From: a virus
Length of the DNA stretch: 64,000 nucleotides
IMG/VR virus record: IMGVR_UViG_3300023196_003068
Span: 1 to 64,000 of that record
Strand: one strand, 5' to 3'
The notes beneath the pieces are model-generated. The model had not been told where the DNA came from and searched no databases. It was given only the letters and a program-made list of their open reading frames with translations. The position numbers were made by a program, and so were the translations under genes. Shown one piece after another: positions 19,183 to 28,994 of this stretch. Each line of letters opens with the position of its first letter. The first letter of the stretch is position 1.

Positions 19183-19822
19183 AAACAAATGGGAAATAAA
19201 ACCTCTGCTTCTTAATGAAGCAAGAGGTTTTGTAGAAGAACATCACTATGCTCATGGATGTGGTAAAGTTGCTACAGAATGCTATGGGCTATATTTTAAA
19301 GGAGATCCTTATACGTTACATGGTGTAGCTATATGGAATCCTCCAGCTTATGGAGCAGCCATTAAAGCTCACAATGATTTTGCAAATGTACTTTCATTGA
19401 CCAGGTTCTGCTTAGTTGATGAACGTCCTGAAAATGCTGGTTCATTCTTAATAAGTAATAGTGTATCAAGAGTTCAACGTAGATACCATACCTTATTAAC
19501 TTATGCAGACACAGCTCTTAATCATAATGGAGGGCTGTATAGAGCATCTAATTGGAGTTATGATGGATTAACTAACCCTGCCCCTAGATGGTGGGATCCT
19601 GTAGAAGAACGATTAGTATCTCAAAAACGTGGACCTAAGACATATAACAAACAAGAAATGTTAGATATGGGTAACGAGTATCTTGGTAAATTCCAGATGC
19701 ATAAGTATCTGTATCCACGCTTTGGTCAAAGAAAGAATATAACTATAACACCAAAATCAATGGAACTTGATTTTATTCAAACAGAATTAACATTCACTAA
19801 AGACGGTAAATTAAGAAAGTAA
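19169..19822 (+). CDS. Mom-family GNAT acetyltransferase (DNA modification protein)
   Basis: FVEEHHY, LSLTRF, NAGSFLIS, LLTYAD...H.GGLYRASNW.YDG; ATG at 19169 preferred. Confidence 0.8.
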   Translation: MKLLKNKWEIKPLLLNEARGFVEEHHYAHGCGKVATECYGLYFKGDPYTLHGVAIWNPPAYGAAIKAHNDFANVLSLTRFCLVDERPENAGSFLISNSVSRVQRRYHTLLTYADTALNHNGGLYRASNWSYDGLTNPAPRWWDPVEERLVSQKRGPKTYNKQEMLDMGNEYLGKFQMHKYLYPRFGQRKNITITPKSMELDFIQTELTFTKDGKLRK

Positions 19823-19824
19823 AC

Positions 19825-19998
19825 ATGAAAGAGTCTATTATAAATAAAGAAGGAAAAAAATTAATTGGTGCAACAGCAGTTGCTGATATGATTAAAACCG
19901 TAGTCAACTCATTAAAGGAGGGGCAAAAAGAAGAATACTTAAAAACAATAGTTTCAGAATTAAAAAAAGAATATGGCAGTAGATTTAAGATGTCCTGA
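19825..19998 (+). CDS. small hypothetical protein, 57 aa (not in ORF track)
   Basis: MKESIINKEGKKLIGATAVADMIK...; starts 2 nt after the previous stop. Confidence 0.6.
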   Translation: MKESIINKEGKKLIGATAVADMIKTVVNSLKEGQKEEYLKTIVSELKKEYGSRFKMS

Positions 19999-20113
19999 TT
20001 GTGCAGACAATTTAGGAAAAGACGTAGAGAACCCTAACCCCGCATATTGTGGAAATTGTGGTGAAGATAATATTAAAAATCCTAGAGGATATAAAGAAGA
20101 AGAAGATGAGTAG
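19973..20113 (+). CDS. small zinc-ribbon protein, 46 aa (not in ORF track)
   Basis: MAVDLRCPDCADNLGKDVENPNPAYCGNCGEDNIK...; two CxxC pairs. Confidence 0.7.
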   Translation: MAVDLRCPDCADNLGKDVENPNPAYCGNCGEDNIKNPRGYKEEEDE

Positions 20114-20330
20114 AATACTAATAGAATACTTACCACCCATATCAGAAAAAGGTATGGAAATAATACAAGAAAACATAAGCCCATCTATGACAAGCTCAGA
20201 TGGAGAATCTAATCAATACGATTTAGATATTGTCCTAAAAGATATAGGACACGAATTACCACACAATGATAAGGAATACCTTGGGGGTATTCATAATGAA
20301 GACGTACCAGTAGAATATATAGAAATGTAA
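20106..20330 (+). CDS. small acidic hypothetical protein
   Basis: ATG at 20106 overlapping the previous stop. Confidence 0.6.
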   Translation: MSRILIEYLPPISEKGMEIIQENISPSMTSSDGESNQYDLDIVLKDIGHELPHNDKEYLGGIHNEDVPVEYIEM

Positions 20331-20331
20331 T

Positions 20332-20637
20332 ATGAAACTAACAAAGATAAAAGATACCGGAGTATACAATGGCCACAGCAATGGAGCCAAAATACAAGAA
20401 ATAATTCTAAAGAATGAAGACAAAGTTAAGTATAAGATATATATTAACTCTGAATCATTTGTTAGACAATCCTATGGAAGATTATCTAAATGGGATGATG
20501 AGAAAGGATGGAATGTAATAACGACTATTAATCCTAAAACAGATTACAACATTGATATTTCCTATGGAAATGGACATAGAACGGATGCCTTTGAACCTAT
20601 AATAAAAGACTTCAAAGAAATGATTAAACACTTCTAA
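20332..20637 (+). CDS. hypothetical protein
   Basis: 101-aa ORF in a tightly packed cluster. Confidence 0.7.
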   Translation: MKLTKIKDTGVYNGHSNGAKIQEIILKNEDKVKYKIYINSESFVRQSYGRLSKWDDEKGWNVITTINPKTDYNIDISYGNGHRTDAFEPIIKDFKEMIKHF

Positions 20638-20639
20638 CT

Positions 20640-20825
20640 ATGAAAAAAACTTTAACATATAGAGTTACGTATTACGACAACCAAGGAAATATAAGTCTAT
20701 GGGGATACCATACAGATGAAGGTTTTAAAAAATCTATTGAAAAACATAATCAAGATTTTAAAAAAGGTGAAGATACACTTCTTACAAAAGATGATTTTGA
20801 ATTTGAACCTTTTACAATAGACTAA
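20640..20825 (+). CDS. small hypothetical protein
   Basis: 61-aa ORF in a tightly packed cluster. Confidence 0.65.
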   Translation: MKKTLTYRVTYYDNQGNISLWGYHTDEGFKKSIEKHNQDFKKGEDTLLTKDDFEFEPFTID

Positions 20826-20827
20826 CT

Positions 20828-20986
20828 ATGAAAGAAGCCAATTGTGTAATATGTAGAAAGAAAATAGAAGGTATCGGAAACAACGCAATGCCCTTTAAAA
20901 GGGGCGTGTGTTGTGATAAATGCAACCTTACCAAGGTCATACCTAAAAGAATGGAACAAACAAAGATTACTATCATCAAACCATAA
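20828..20986 (+). CDS. small Cys-rich zinc-binding protein, 52 aa (not in ORF track)
   Basis: MKEANCVICRKKIEGIGNNAMPFKRGVCCDKCNLTKVIPKR; CxxC...GNN.P...CCDxCN pattern. Confidence 0.75.
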   Translation: MKEANCVICRKKIEGIGNNAMPFKRGVCCDKCNLTKVIPKRMEQTKITIIKP

Positions 20987-20990
20987 CAAC

Positions 20991-21584
20991 ATGAAAAACA
21001 AAATCCAACAAGTAACACAGCAAGAGTATCAATTATTAGAAATAAAAGCAGCATCTGAATTAGAGTTAGACCTCAAAAACATCAAATACTTTGCAGGACA
21101 CGATGGAATGCAAGGAATTAATGCTGACCTATACCATCAGGGTAAAAAGTTTGCTCACGCTTATGACGATGCATATGGAGGAGAAATGGACATATCTCCA
21201 ATAGACAGAGAATCGCGTTCAGTCATAGATTTAATAAATGCCAAACTAAATGGATATCCAGAGTATGAGTATATATTTGAACAAAGTAATGGAAAACCAG
21301 TTGGCGGTGATCCATTTACTATGAATTCTAAAATATCCTTACGCGGAATCGTAGATGCTCTTGCTTACAAAAAAGCAAAAGATAAGACAGACAGAAAAGG
21401 TATTGTATATCTAGAAAAAAATGAAGAATATACTATATCCTGGGGATCCAGCCTTAAAAAGTTCATTCAGAAATATCCCACAAAATCAATTCCAACGATA
21501 CAAAAAAAGTATGATGATTTAAAGTCAAAAAATCATACTATTTTAAATACAGAGTATCTAGCTGAAATAGGAATTAAAATATGA
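20991..21584 (+). CDS. hypothetical protein
   Basis: ATG at 20991 after an A/C-rich leader; ADLY...DDAYGGE motif. Confidence 0.7.
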   Translation: MKNKIQQVTQQEYQLLEIKAASELELDLKNIKYFAGHDGMQGINADLYHQGKKFAHAYDDAYGGEMDISPIDRESRSVIDLINAKLNGYPEYEYIFEQSNGKPVGGDPFTMNSKISLRGIVDALAYKKAKDKTDRKGIVYLEKNEEYTISWGSSLKKFIQKYPTKSIPTIQKKYDDLKSKNHTILNTEYLAEIGIKI

Positions 21585-21784
21585 CAAGCGAAGAATTTAT
21601 GAAGAAAGTCCTCATGGAGTGTAATAAACGTTCCATGATGACTTATTCATTTAAAGACAAAGAATATAGCAAGTTTAGAAATTGGTTCTTTAGATATGCA
21701 AAAAAACATATGGGCTGGAATAAATGGAAGGCCCGAACAGAGTTTGAACAATTTGCGAAAGCATTTAAAATAACTATTAAATGA
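21581..21784 (+). CDS. small basic hypothetical protein
   Basis: 67-aa ORF with ATGA overlaps on both sides. Confidence 0.65.
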   Translation: MTSEEFMKKVLMECNKRSMMTYSFKDKEYSKFRNWFFRYAKKHMGWNKWKARTEFEQFAKAFKITIK

Positions 21785-22080
21785 AGCTTATAGAGTTTTT
21801 AACAGAAGATGAGATACATATAATCAATCATCAGATACTTGAAGGAGAATCAATGCGGCACATTAGTAATGCATATCCAAAACTTACTGAAATAAAACGA
21901 GCTGTATTGTGGAATCATATGCGATTAATAAGATTCCCTCCACCAACAAAAATACTTGGTTATAAAAACGAACCATATCAAGATGAGGACCAAATTGGCA
22001 AAATGCCAAAATATACTTGGGAGTCATTATCTAAAGAAGAAAAAGAATTTTATTATATAAACCCCCAAACAAAATGGTAG
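21781..22080 (+). CDS. hypothetical protein
   Basis: 99-aa coupled ORF. Confidence 0.65.
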   Translation: MKLIEFLTEDEIHIINHQILEGESMRHISNAYPKLTEIKRAVLWNHMRLIRFPPPTKILGYKNEPYQDEDQIGKMPKYTWESLSKEEKEFYYINPQTKW

Positions 22081-22532
22081 GAAAACAAATAAGTAAAACA
22101 CATTTAGAATATGTAGGCGGAAATTCATTCAAAGAATACAATGTTATAGTGACAAAGACCTCTAAAATTAATGGCCACTTCTATTATAACGTATATGGGC
22201 TTTATGGCCGTATTGGAAACAACTTAGTTGAAGTTGAAAAAGCATCCGGTGTGAATAATTTACACGCACTAAGAGTTGCAGATGATCTTGTAAATTCTAA
22301 AACAAAGAAGGGATATTCTATTATAACAGAAGATTCTGTGTCTAAATTCGATAAGGACTATGTTGAAGAATTAACACAAAGAGCTGCAACATTAACTGCT
22401 GAAGGACAACTTGAGAGAAATCACTATTCAAACCTTAAATCAATGCTTACTTCACCAGACGAAGAAACATTAATAATGGCAGAAAAGATAATCATTGAAA
22501 ACGAAGAGAATACTGTCGCTAACTCTAATTAA
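22074..22532 (+). CDS. WGR domain protein
   Basis: SFKEY...YGRIG...LVNSKTKKGY. Confidence 0.75.
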   Translation: MVGKQISKTHLEYVGGNSFKEYNVIVTKTSKINGHFYYNVYGLYGRIGNNLVEVEKASGVNNLHALRVADDLVNSKTKKGYSIITEDSVSKFDKDYVEELTQRAATLTAEGQLERNHYSNLKSMLTSPDEETLIMAEKIIIENEENTVANSN

Positions 22533-22538
22533 CATATT

Positions 22539-23096
22539 ATGACTAAATCCAAAATACTAGAAGAATTCACAAAGCACAGGCACGATCATAAAAGCTATGT
22601 GTTTTTATATCCCTTACTACAATTACCAAAAACAATTCTCAAACCTCTAAATACATTTCTATACTTAAATAAAAAGGAAGTGTATAAATATAAATATCTA
22701 TTTGCATTATATCACGAATCATTAGAAAAGATAGAAGAAGCTATGCATATTATAGAGGACAATAACTTTTTTGATTTTAAACTAACAGATAGAGATGGTT
22801 ATATTATAGTTGTATTTATGCTAGAAAACCACTCTATCTATTTTGACAAAATCATGAAAGGAGAATATTCAAAATTAGAGCCTCTTGAAAAGTTATTATT
22901 AAATCAAGCGGGACACCCAATAGCGGCAATAGGTACAAACCCACAACACTTCTATAGGGATTATGCAGACGATATGGACATATCCGAAAGCGACATAGCA
23001 GAAGGGGCTAACTTAATAAACCCTCCTAATATGACTACTGAAATTTTACAAGTAGATAAAAAAGTAATGTCTGACTTTTATAAATACACTAATTAG
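22539..23096 (+). CDS. hypothetical protein (last gene of the + strand block)
   Basis: 185-aa ORF with FLYPLL...GEYSK pattern. Confidence 0.7.
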   Translation: MTKSKILEEFTKHRHDHKSYVFLYPLLQLPKTILKPLNTFLYLNKKEVYKYKYLFALYHESLEKIEEAMHIIEDNNFFDFKLTDRDGYIIVVFMLENHSIYFDKIMKGEYSKLEPLEKLLLNQAGHPIAAIGTNPQHFYRDYADDMDISESDIAEGANLINPPNMTTEILQVDKKVMSDFYKYTN

Positions 23097-26000
23097 TATG
23101 GGAAGGCTTGTTCGCTTTCAATTCCATCTGCTGGAGATATTAAATTTCCATTATAACCAAGCAGCTTACTAAGAATAGCATGCGTCCATTTCGTCTCCTC
23201 AGATTGCTGAAAGGTATAGGGACCGGCATTTTGTTTAATCTCGGTATCCTTACCTTCAGCCATCTCTTTCATAAGTTGAATAATCAACATTATATCTTTA
23301 TAAGCCCCCTCTTGTGCTGCATTTTTCATCATTAACATATCGCCCATCAGCATAAACCCACGAAAAGGATTAAATGTTTTATTTTCTCTTTCCACCCTTA
23401 GACTCAATCTTAAAAATTGAAGTTTCCAATAATCTGTCCAGTCCATATCTGCCCAGGGATGAGCATCTGCTCTACGAGCATCTGCTATCCAGGGAAGATT
23501 TGGCAAAGATGTTGTATTTTTTAAATCCATTATCATACCATCTCTATCTTGTCCTTCCACTAATTCACCATCTAAATTATAATAATTATAAGTAAAAGCT
23601 CTATCGTCATCATCATCATTAAACCTTAACCATAAATGAAACTGATCAATAAGCATATTTACAATACTTGCCATTACAACCTGCATAACAGCAGTTTTAC
23701 GCCCTTGATTTCTCCAAATAGAAGTCAAACGAGAACCTGTAACATTTCCTTGAGATATATCTTTAAGACCAAAAAGCAAATCCCTACCGGCTAAAGCCGC
23801 CTCAATAAATTGACCATATTCTGCTGTTTGAGTATACCAATCAAATCTTCTCTGAAACCTATCCCTCTTACTTGTTTGTTGAGATCTAGTTCTAACTTGA
23901 TAACGATCTAGAGTCATACCCGGAAGAAATCGCATTACAGCAAACGCTGCTTTACCCGTTAAAGTTCTATTAACAAACTCAGATTCAGCAGACAGACCAG
24001 CAATACCTGTTGTTTTCTTAAGATAACCTTTATGATGTTTAATAATCTGCTGTATTTTTTTACCTAATACAACACGCCCTTCTTTATCATAGGTAATAGA
24101 ATATTCTTCTGGAACTCCAGCCTTTGTTTGTATCACACCATCAACAAGTTCTATAGCATTATCTAGCGTAGTAAACCTATCAGAGCCCTCCATCTTAAAA
24201 CGATATTTCTTATTATCAAGAAGAGCATACATAGCAGTATAGTTTGCTTCATTCTGTAGATAAGCCCTTATGCCAAATCCTACACGAAGCGTTACCACAT
24301 CTATGACAGATGTACGAGATCCACGCTCTCCAACACTTTGAGCAAGTCTATCAGGACTTGCATCCATAATATCTAAAAATTGCAAGGTAATAGGTTTTGC
24401 AGAAGCTTTATATTGTTGATAAGTAACTACACCAATAGCCCTCTTAGCCTTTAACTTTCCAACTAAAAGATTTTTAGCATTAAAATGACGAGTATCTGTA
24501 ATTTTATAAAGAAATTGAATATTAGCACTCAAATAGTTTGTTACATCAGACATCCAATTAAACATAAACCACTTCCTACTTGAGAGTTTCATGAATTTAC
24601 TAAGAATAACAGCTCTAGCTTTTCTAGATGAATCTTTCTCCCATCGAGATGACAATCTAAGACCTGAAAAATATTGTTCCAAAATATTTCCTACAGCAAA
24701 TGCCCTGTTAGATATTGTATTATCTCTACTCATTTGTTGTAATGTTTTCGTTCTATTCTTAATTCTAGCAACAGTTGGATCTTGAATTTGATCCTTTACT
24801 ATCTGATTAAGAGATTGTGCCAATGAATTTATCTCACCAAGAGATTTAAAAATCTCTACCGAATGTTGATACTTACCTATACTACTAATGATATCAGTAC
24901 TAACTTCATTGACATCAATATCATACATACCGGTAATTGGTCTTGTTAAGGTCTGCATTTGTGCATTGGGAACTTTCAATCCTTGAGCCAAATGATTATA
25001 ACCATACTCAACATCATCCCTTTGAATTCTCCAAATATTTCGAATAGACTCAATTAGTCTATTTGTACCAATGCCCCTTAAAATTTTGCTAGACGTGGAA
25101 TCACCCTTAGCATATCTATTATAAACAGCACCAATACCAATACCCTCTACAAATTTCTTACGAGTTCTAGGGAAATGCAATCCTAATTTTTGAGAATTAG
25201 AAAGATTTGCTTGATTATCCAGATGATGGTTCTTTACATACTGTAATAAATCCCATTTAACACGATTCTTTTCAAACAAATCAAAATACTCCTGATTTAT
25301 GAATCTATCATCCTTTGCTCCATTCTCTACAGTTTTAGGCAACCACTCCCCTTTATTATTTATAGTCGCCACAACAAGTTTACCGTTATCATCTACATAA
25401 TCTCGTTCTATTTTTTTAGTAAGAAACTCATCTTTTACTTTTCGGACTTGATAATTTGAATTAGGAACCCTAGGTACACCATCAAATTCTAATAACCCAG
25501 TAACATTTCCGTCTGAATCCTTTAAAGGGAAGGCTTTGTAAAAATTATCATCAGTTGGACGTGTATATTGCCAAATAGAAGTTTTCATATAAATAATGGT
25601 TGGCTTTCCCTTATCTATAGTACGCTCTGCTTCGTAATGGTTATCGTCAAACCATTGTTTAAACATACTATTTTCTTCTCTAATTATATCAAGCGTACCT
25701 CTAAAACCATCATCTGATAATATAGACTCAAATATATCATCACTTACAATATCTCCACTCTCCCTATCGATATTATATCTCTGATACACCTCATTATCAA
25801 ACATCTTTTTAGTTTTATCATTGGAATCTATGATTTCTAAAAACCTATCTCTATAGAATCCAGTAGAAAAACTTCTTGCCAGTCTACCTAACAAGGTATC
25901 AATTTCTTGAAGTCGAGCGGCAGACGCTTCACTAATGCCAAGAGATGTTAATCCTTTAGCTAACTGCCTAACAAAGTATTTATGCGCTAAAGCATCCTCA

Positions 26001-28993
26001 TTATTTTTATGTTTCCCATGCTTATCATAATAAGAACTAAGATATGCTAACTCGCTGAGTTGATTTTTTGTTAAGCCTAACTTTGTATATAGCTCACCCC
26101 TTGCTTCTTCAATTTTTTCATGAAGATTTCTAATCTTTATTTGAACATCCCTAGTAAGAGTATTACCATTAGAATGGCCCATCGACGTTCTTGCAGGTTT
26201 AGATAACTCATATATCTCCTCATACAAGGGAGTAAGATCGGTTATCTCTATATTCTTTTGTGTAAGCGGTTCAAGAATTTCTGAGCGTTCATCAAGTAGT
26301 TGCTTACGTTCATCATACCATTTATCATCAACCTGTACTATAGTATTATGCTCAATCCACGTATCTATTGCATTTTGAAAAGCCTCTGTTCCTGGAGAAA
26401 GCTTAGGATTTTTTTCAAGAGATGCAATCATATTATCATAAGCATCTTGAAACTTTTCATCATTTGTTGTAGATTCATAAAATGGACGTTGTTTTTCACG
26501 AAACTCACGCAGCCTCTCTGCTATAGCAAGGGCTTCTCCTGTTTTTTTATTTCCTAACTCATCCGTTAAGCTAAATAAATACTCATACTCCCTCCATTTT
26601 TCCTGAAGAGCTTCAGCATTTTCGACATTTATATGGGCATCAAGAGCAACATCGGCTAACTCATCAGCTTCTTCATAAAACTTATCCAAAGCCATACGTG
26701 CTTTTATACCAATATCATCTCTAAATAGTTTCCTAACCTCATATACTTCAGAAACATTAGTTTGGTTCATGAAGTCTGTCTTAAAATCTTCAAGCTTTCC
26801 TCTGGCAATGATATATTCTCTGTGGTTTTTTACCTTCGGATTTCTCCTATATTCTTCCTTAGCGTTGTTAACTTCTTGTTTCAACAACTTTTCTGTATAA
26901 TGATGGCTATCTTGACTCTTTTTGCCATTAAAAGCATTTTGAAATTCCCAAACTTCAAAATTTTCTACCTCTCCTTTATCATTCTCTCTTCCATAATCTG
27001 TAACTTGACCTAACGCTCTTCCTAAATTCCCCTGGCCTACCCATCGTTTAAAATTCCAACCAGTAGCTCTGAAGTGTTCTTTCAAACCATCAAGAAACTC
27101 CGCTTCATTCTTATTGATATTAGCATTGGCCTCATTTAACTTATTCTCTAGAAATGAGAAAAAACTACCCACTATTTTATCCTGAGAATTATTATACCCT
27201 TCATAATATACATTAACCCAGCTAGGATCTAAGGCCCCTTCCACGAGTATTCTTTTAAAATCCTCTATGTTAGGCTTAAACGCCTCCAGGGCCATGTTAG
27301 AAAGTTCTATAAGCTCATTCTCTTCGGGTGTGGATAATTTCTCATCAACTTTTGATAACCTATTTTGTTTACGCTCAAGTACATCTTTACGATTAAGCTC
27401 ATCAACAGTTAAGCCATAATATTCTTTATGCATCTGATTGTATTCAGCGTAATTAGACTCCTTTAACCTTTCTAATTCATCTAAATACATCTTATCGGCA
27501 TTTCCCTGAGCTTCAATCATTTGAGAATAAAGTACATCAGCCACACCATCAATACGCATAACATCAACCTTCTTCTTAAGAGCATAAATCTTACTCTTTA
27601 AGTCAGATAAAAATTCACGTAAGCTACCTTTACCTTCAGGTAAAATCCCTTTTGTTTCTTCAGCAATTAAGTTATCGATATAGTTATACCACTGGTCTAC
27701 ATACTGAGCAATCCCAAACATTGTATCAATACTAGCAGGATCTATAAGTTTTGTTTTAGGAAGAGAATCTATCTTAGCACCAAAAGCATCCATTACAGTA
27801 TCCACTTCTGTTATTGTATTAACAAACATTTGGATTCGCTTTGAAACAATAGAAGCCGCATCTCCATTATTAAGTGCTGCAACATACTCGTCGGTAAGCC
27901 TATCCATCCTTGGTATTGCTTTACGGTCATTAGTATCTGAAGCAAATTTCTCAGCAGCTTGCCTCATTTTTTGTAGAATACCGGTATTATCTTCAGTAAC
28001 AAGACCTTCTGCAAATCTCTCATAAATAGTCCCCTCCCTCATGTTGGCAACCTGAGATTTAATAACAGTATTAAGATCATCCATAATATCTTGAGCCTTT
28101 GAACGAGACTCTTTATTCTGGGCATCCATCATCTTAGTAAACTCCTTTTGAAGCATGATAACATCATCCTTCTTTAAAAGCTCTACATTTAACTTAAAAT
28201 TCTCACCCTGATTAAGCATATCAACAAAATCATGTAATGATGTATCCCCGGATAGCTTTGCTACATTAACAGACCTACCAAATTTCTTACGTAAAAATTG
28301 TCTGATATTGTATATTAATTTATCAAACCAGCTCTTACTTTTAGTTAAAGACTTATCGTTTATATGAGTTAATGCTCTAACAATAGCCTCTTCCATAAAA
28401 AGATTATGATCCTCAACCTTCCCATAGTAAGAATCCTTCTTAAGTTCTTCAACAATAATATTCCCAAAATCTTCTTTAAGGAGATCGGTATATAATTTTT
28501 GCATCAGCTTTGGATTGCTTTTAGAGAGAGCCTTTATTATAGGATGGGAAAATTCATGGAAAATAGTTTCCGGAGTAAACTCCCCTTCAGTAAAATAAAC
28601 GGTTCCTGCTTGATAAAATCCTTTAACATCTATAGAACTATTTCTTAAATCCTTAGACTCTTTTGCAGATACAATTCTATAATCAATCCCTAATTGATTT
28701 GAAAAAGCCTCCATTGCGGACATACTCTCCTTAGTATTCCTTTGAATAATTATCTTTTCAAGATCCCTAATAATGTCCTCCTCTGTTACTTTAGGAACAT
28801 CTTGAGCAGTATCCAGGATTTTTGGAATATCTACATCCATAAATCGATCATTGATTTTTTTCAACACAACGCTTGGTGGACGAACCACTCCGTCTTGTTC
28901 AAAATAATCACGTTCAGCCTCCCTTTCTCCTACAACAGAAGACAGCTTTTTAAATCTATCCTGGTCTACTTTATTTATAATGCAAATTCCCAT
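23093..28993 (-). CDS. large virion cargo protein with N-terminal zincin metalloprotease domain
   Basis: 1966 aa; KGFY...TIFHEFSH (28544-28558)...MEEAIV; follows the virion RNAP as in crAss-like phages. Confidence 0.75.
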   Translation of the reverse strand: MGICIINKVDQDRFKKLSSVVGEREAERDYFEQDGVVRPPSVVLKKINDRFMDVDIPKILDTAQDVPKVTEEDIIRDLEKIIIQRNTKESMSAMEAFSNQLGIDYRIVSAKESKDLRNSSIDVKGFYQAGTVYFTEGEFTPETIFHEFSHPIIKALSKSNPKLMQKLYTDLLKEDFGNIIVEELKKDSYYGKVEDHNLFMEEAIVRALTHINDKSLTKSKSWFDKLIYNIRQFLRKKFGRSVNVAKLSGDTSLHDFVDMLNQGENFKLNVELLKKDDVIMLQKEFTKMMDAQNKESRSKAQDIMDDLNTVIKSQVANMREGTIYERFAEGLVTEDNTGILQKMRQAAEKFASDTNDRKAIPRMDRLTDEYVAALNNGDAASIVSKRIQMFVNTITEVDTVMDAFGAKIDSLPKTKLIDPASIDTMFGIAQYVDQWYNYIDNLIAEETKGILPEGKGSLREFLSDLKSKIYALKKKVDVMRIDGVADVLYSQMIEAQGNADKMYLDELERLKESNYAEYNQMHKEYYGLTVDELNRKDVLERKQNRLSKVDEKLSTPEENELIELSNMALEAFKPNIEDFKRILVEGALDPSWVNVYYEGYNNSQDKIVGSFFSFLENKLNEANANINKNEAEFLDGLKEHFRATGWNFKRWVGQGNLGRALGQVTDYGRENDKGEVENFEVWEFQNAFNGKKSQDSHHYTEKLLKQEVNNAKEEYRRNPKVKNHREYIIARGKLEDFKTDFMNQTNVSEVYEVRKLFRDDIGIKARMALDKFYEEADELADVALDAHINVENAEALQEKWREYEYLFSLTDELGNKKTGEALAIAERLREFREKQRPFYESTTNDEKFQDAYDNMIASLEKNPKLSPGTEAFQNAIDTWIEHNTIVQVDDKWYDERKQLLDERSEILEPLTQKNIEITDLTPLYEEIYELSKPARTSMGHSNGNTLTRDVQIKIRNLHEKIEEARGELYTKLGLTKNQLSELAYLSSYYDKHGKHKNNEDALAHKYFVRQLAKGLTSLGISEASAARLQEIDTLLGRLARSFSTGFYRDRFLEIIDSNDKTKKMFDNEVYQRYNIDRESGDIVSDDIFESILSDDGFRGTLDIIREENSMFKQWFDDNHYEAERTIDKGKPTIIYMKTSIWQYTRPTDDNFYKAFPLKDSDGNVTGLLEFDGVPRVPNSNYQVRKVKDEFLTKKIERDYVDDNGKLVVATINNKGEWLPKTVENGAKDDRFINQEYFDLFEKNRVKWDLLQYVKNHHLDNQANLSNSQKLGLHFPRTRKKFVEGIGIGAVYNRYAKGDSTSSKILRGIGTNRLIESIRNIWRIQRDDVEYGYNHLAQGLKVPNAQMQTLTRPITGMYDIDVNEVSTDIISSIGKYQHSVEIFKSLGEINSLAQSLNQIVKDQIQDPTVARIKNRTKTLQQMSRDNTISNRAFAVGNILEQYFSGLRLSSRWEKDSSRKARAVILSKFMKLSSRKWFMFNWMSDVTNYLSANIQFLYKITDTRHFNAKNLLVGKLKAKRAIGVVTYQQYKASAKPITLQFLDIMDASPDRLAQSVGERGSRTSVIDVVTLRVGFGIRAYLQNEANYTAMYALLDNKKYRFKMEGSDRFTTLDNAIELVDGVIQTKAGVPEEYSITYDKEGRVVLGKKIQQIIKHHKGYLKKTTGIAGLSAESEFVNRTLTGKAAFAVMRFLPGMTLDRYQVRTRSQQTSKRDRFQRRFDWYTQTAEYGQFIEAALAGRDLLFGLKDISQGNVTGSRLTSIWRNQGRKTAVMQVVMASIVNMLIDQFHLWLRFNDDDDDRAFTYNYYNLDGELVEGQDRDGMIMDLKNTTSLPNLPWIADARRADAHPWADMDWTDYWKLQFLRLSLRVERENKTFNPFRGFMLMGDMLMMKNAAQEGAYKDIMLIIQLMKEMAEGKDTEIKQNAGPYTFQQSEETKWTHAILSKLLGYNGNLISPADGIESEQAFPY

Positions 28994-28994
28994 A

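Noticed and set aside
1903-21054. Short - strand ORFs in the early block other than 3557-3859
   Set aside because: They are fully overlapped by well-supported + strand genes
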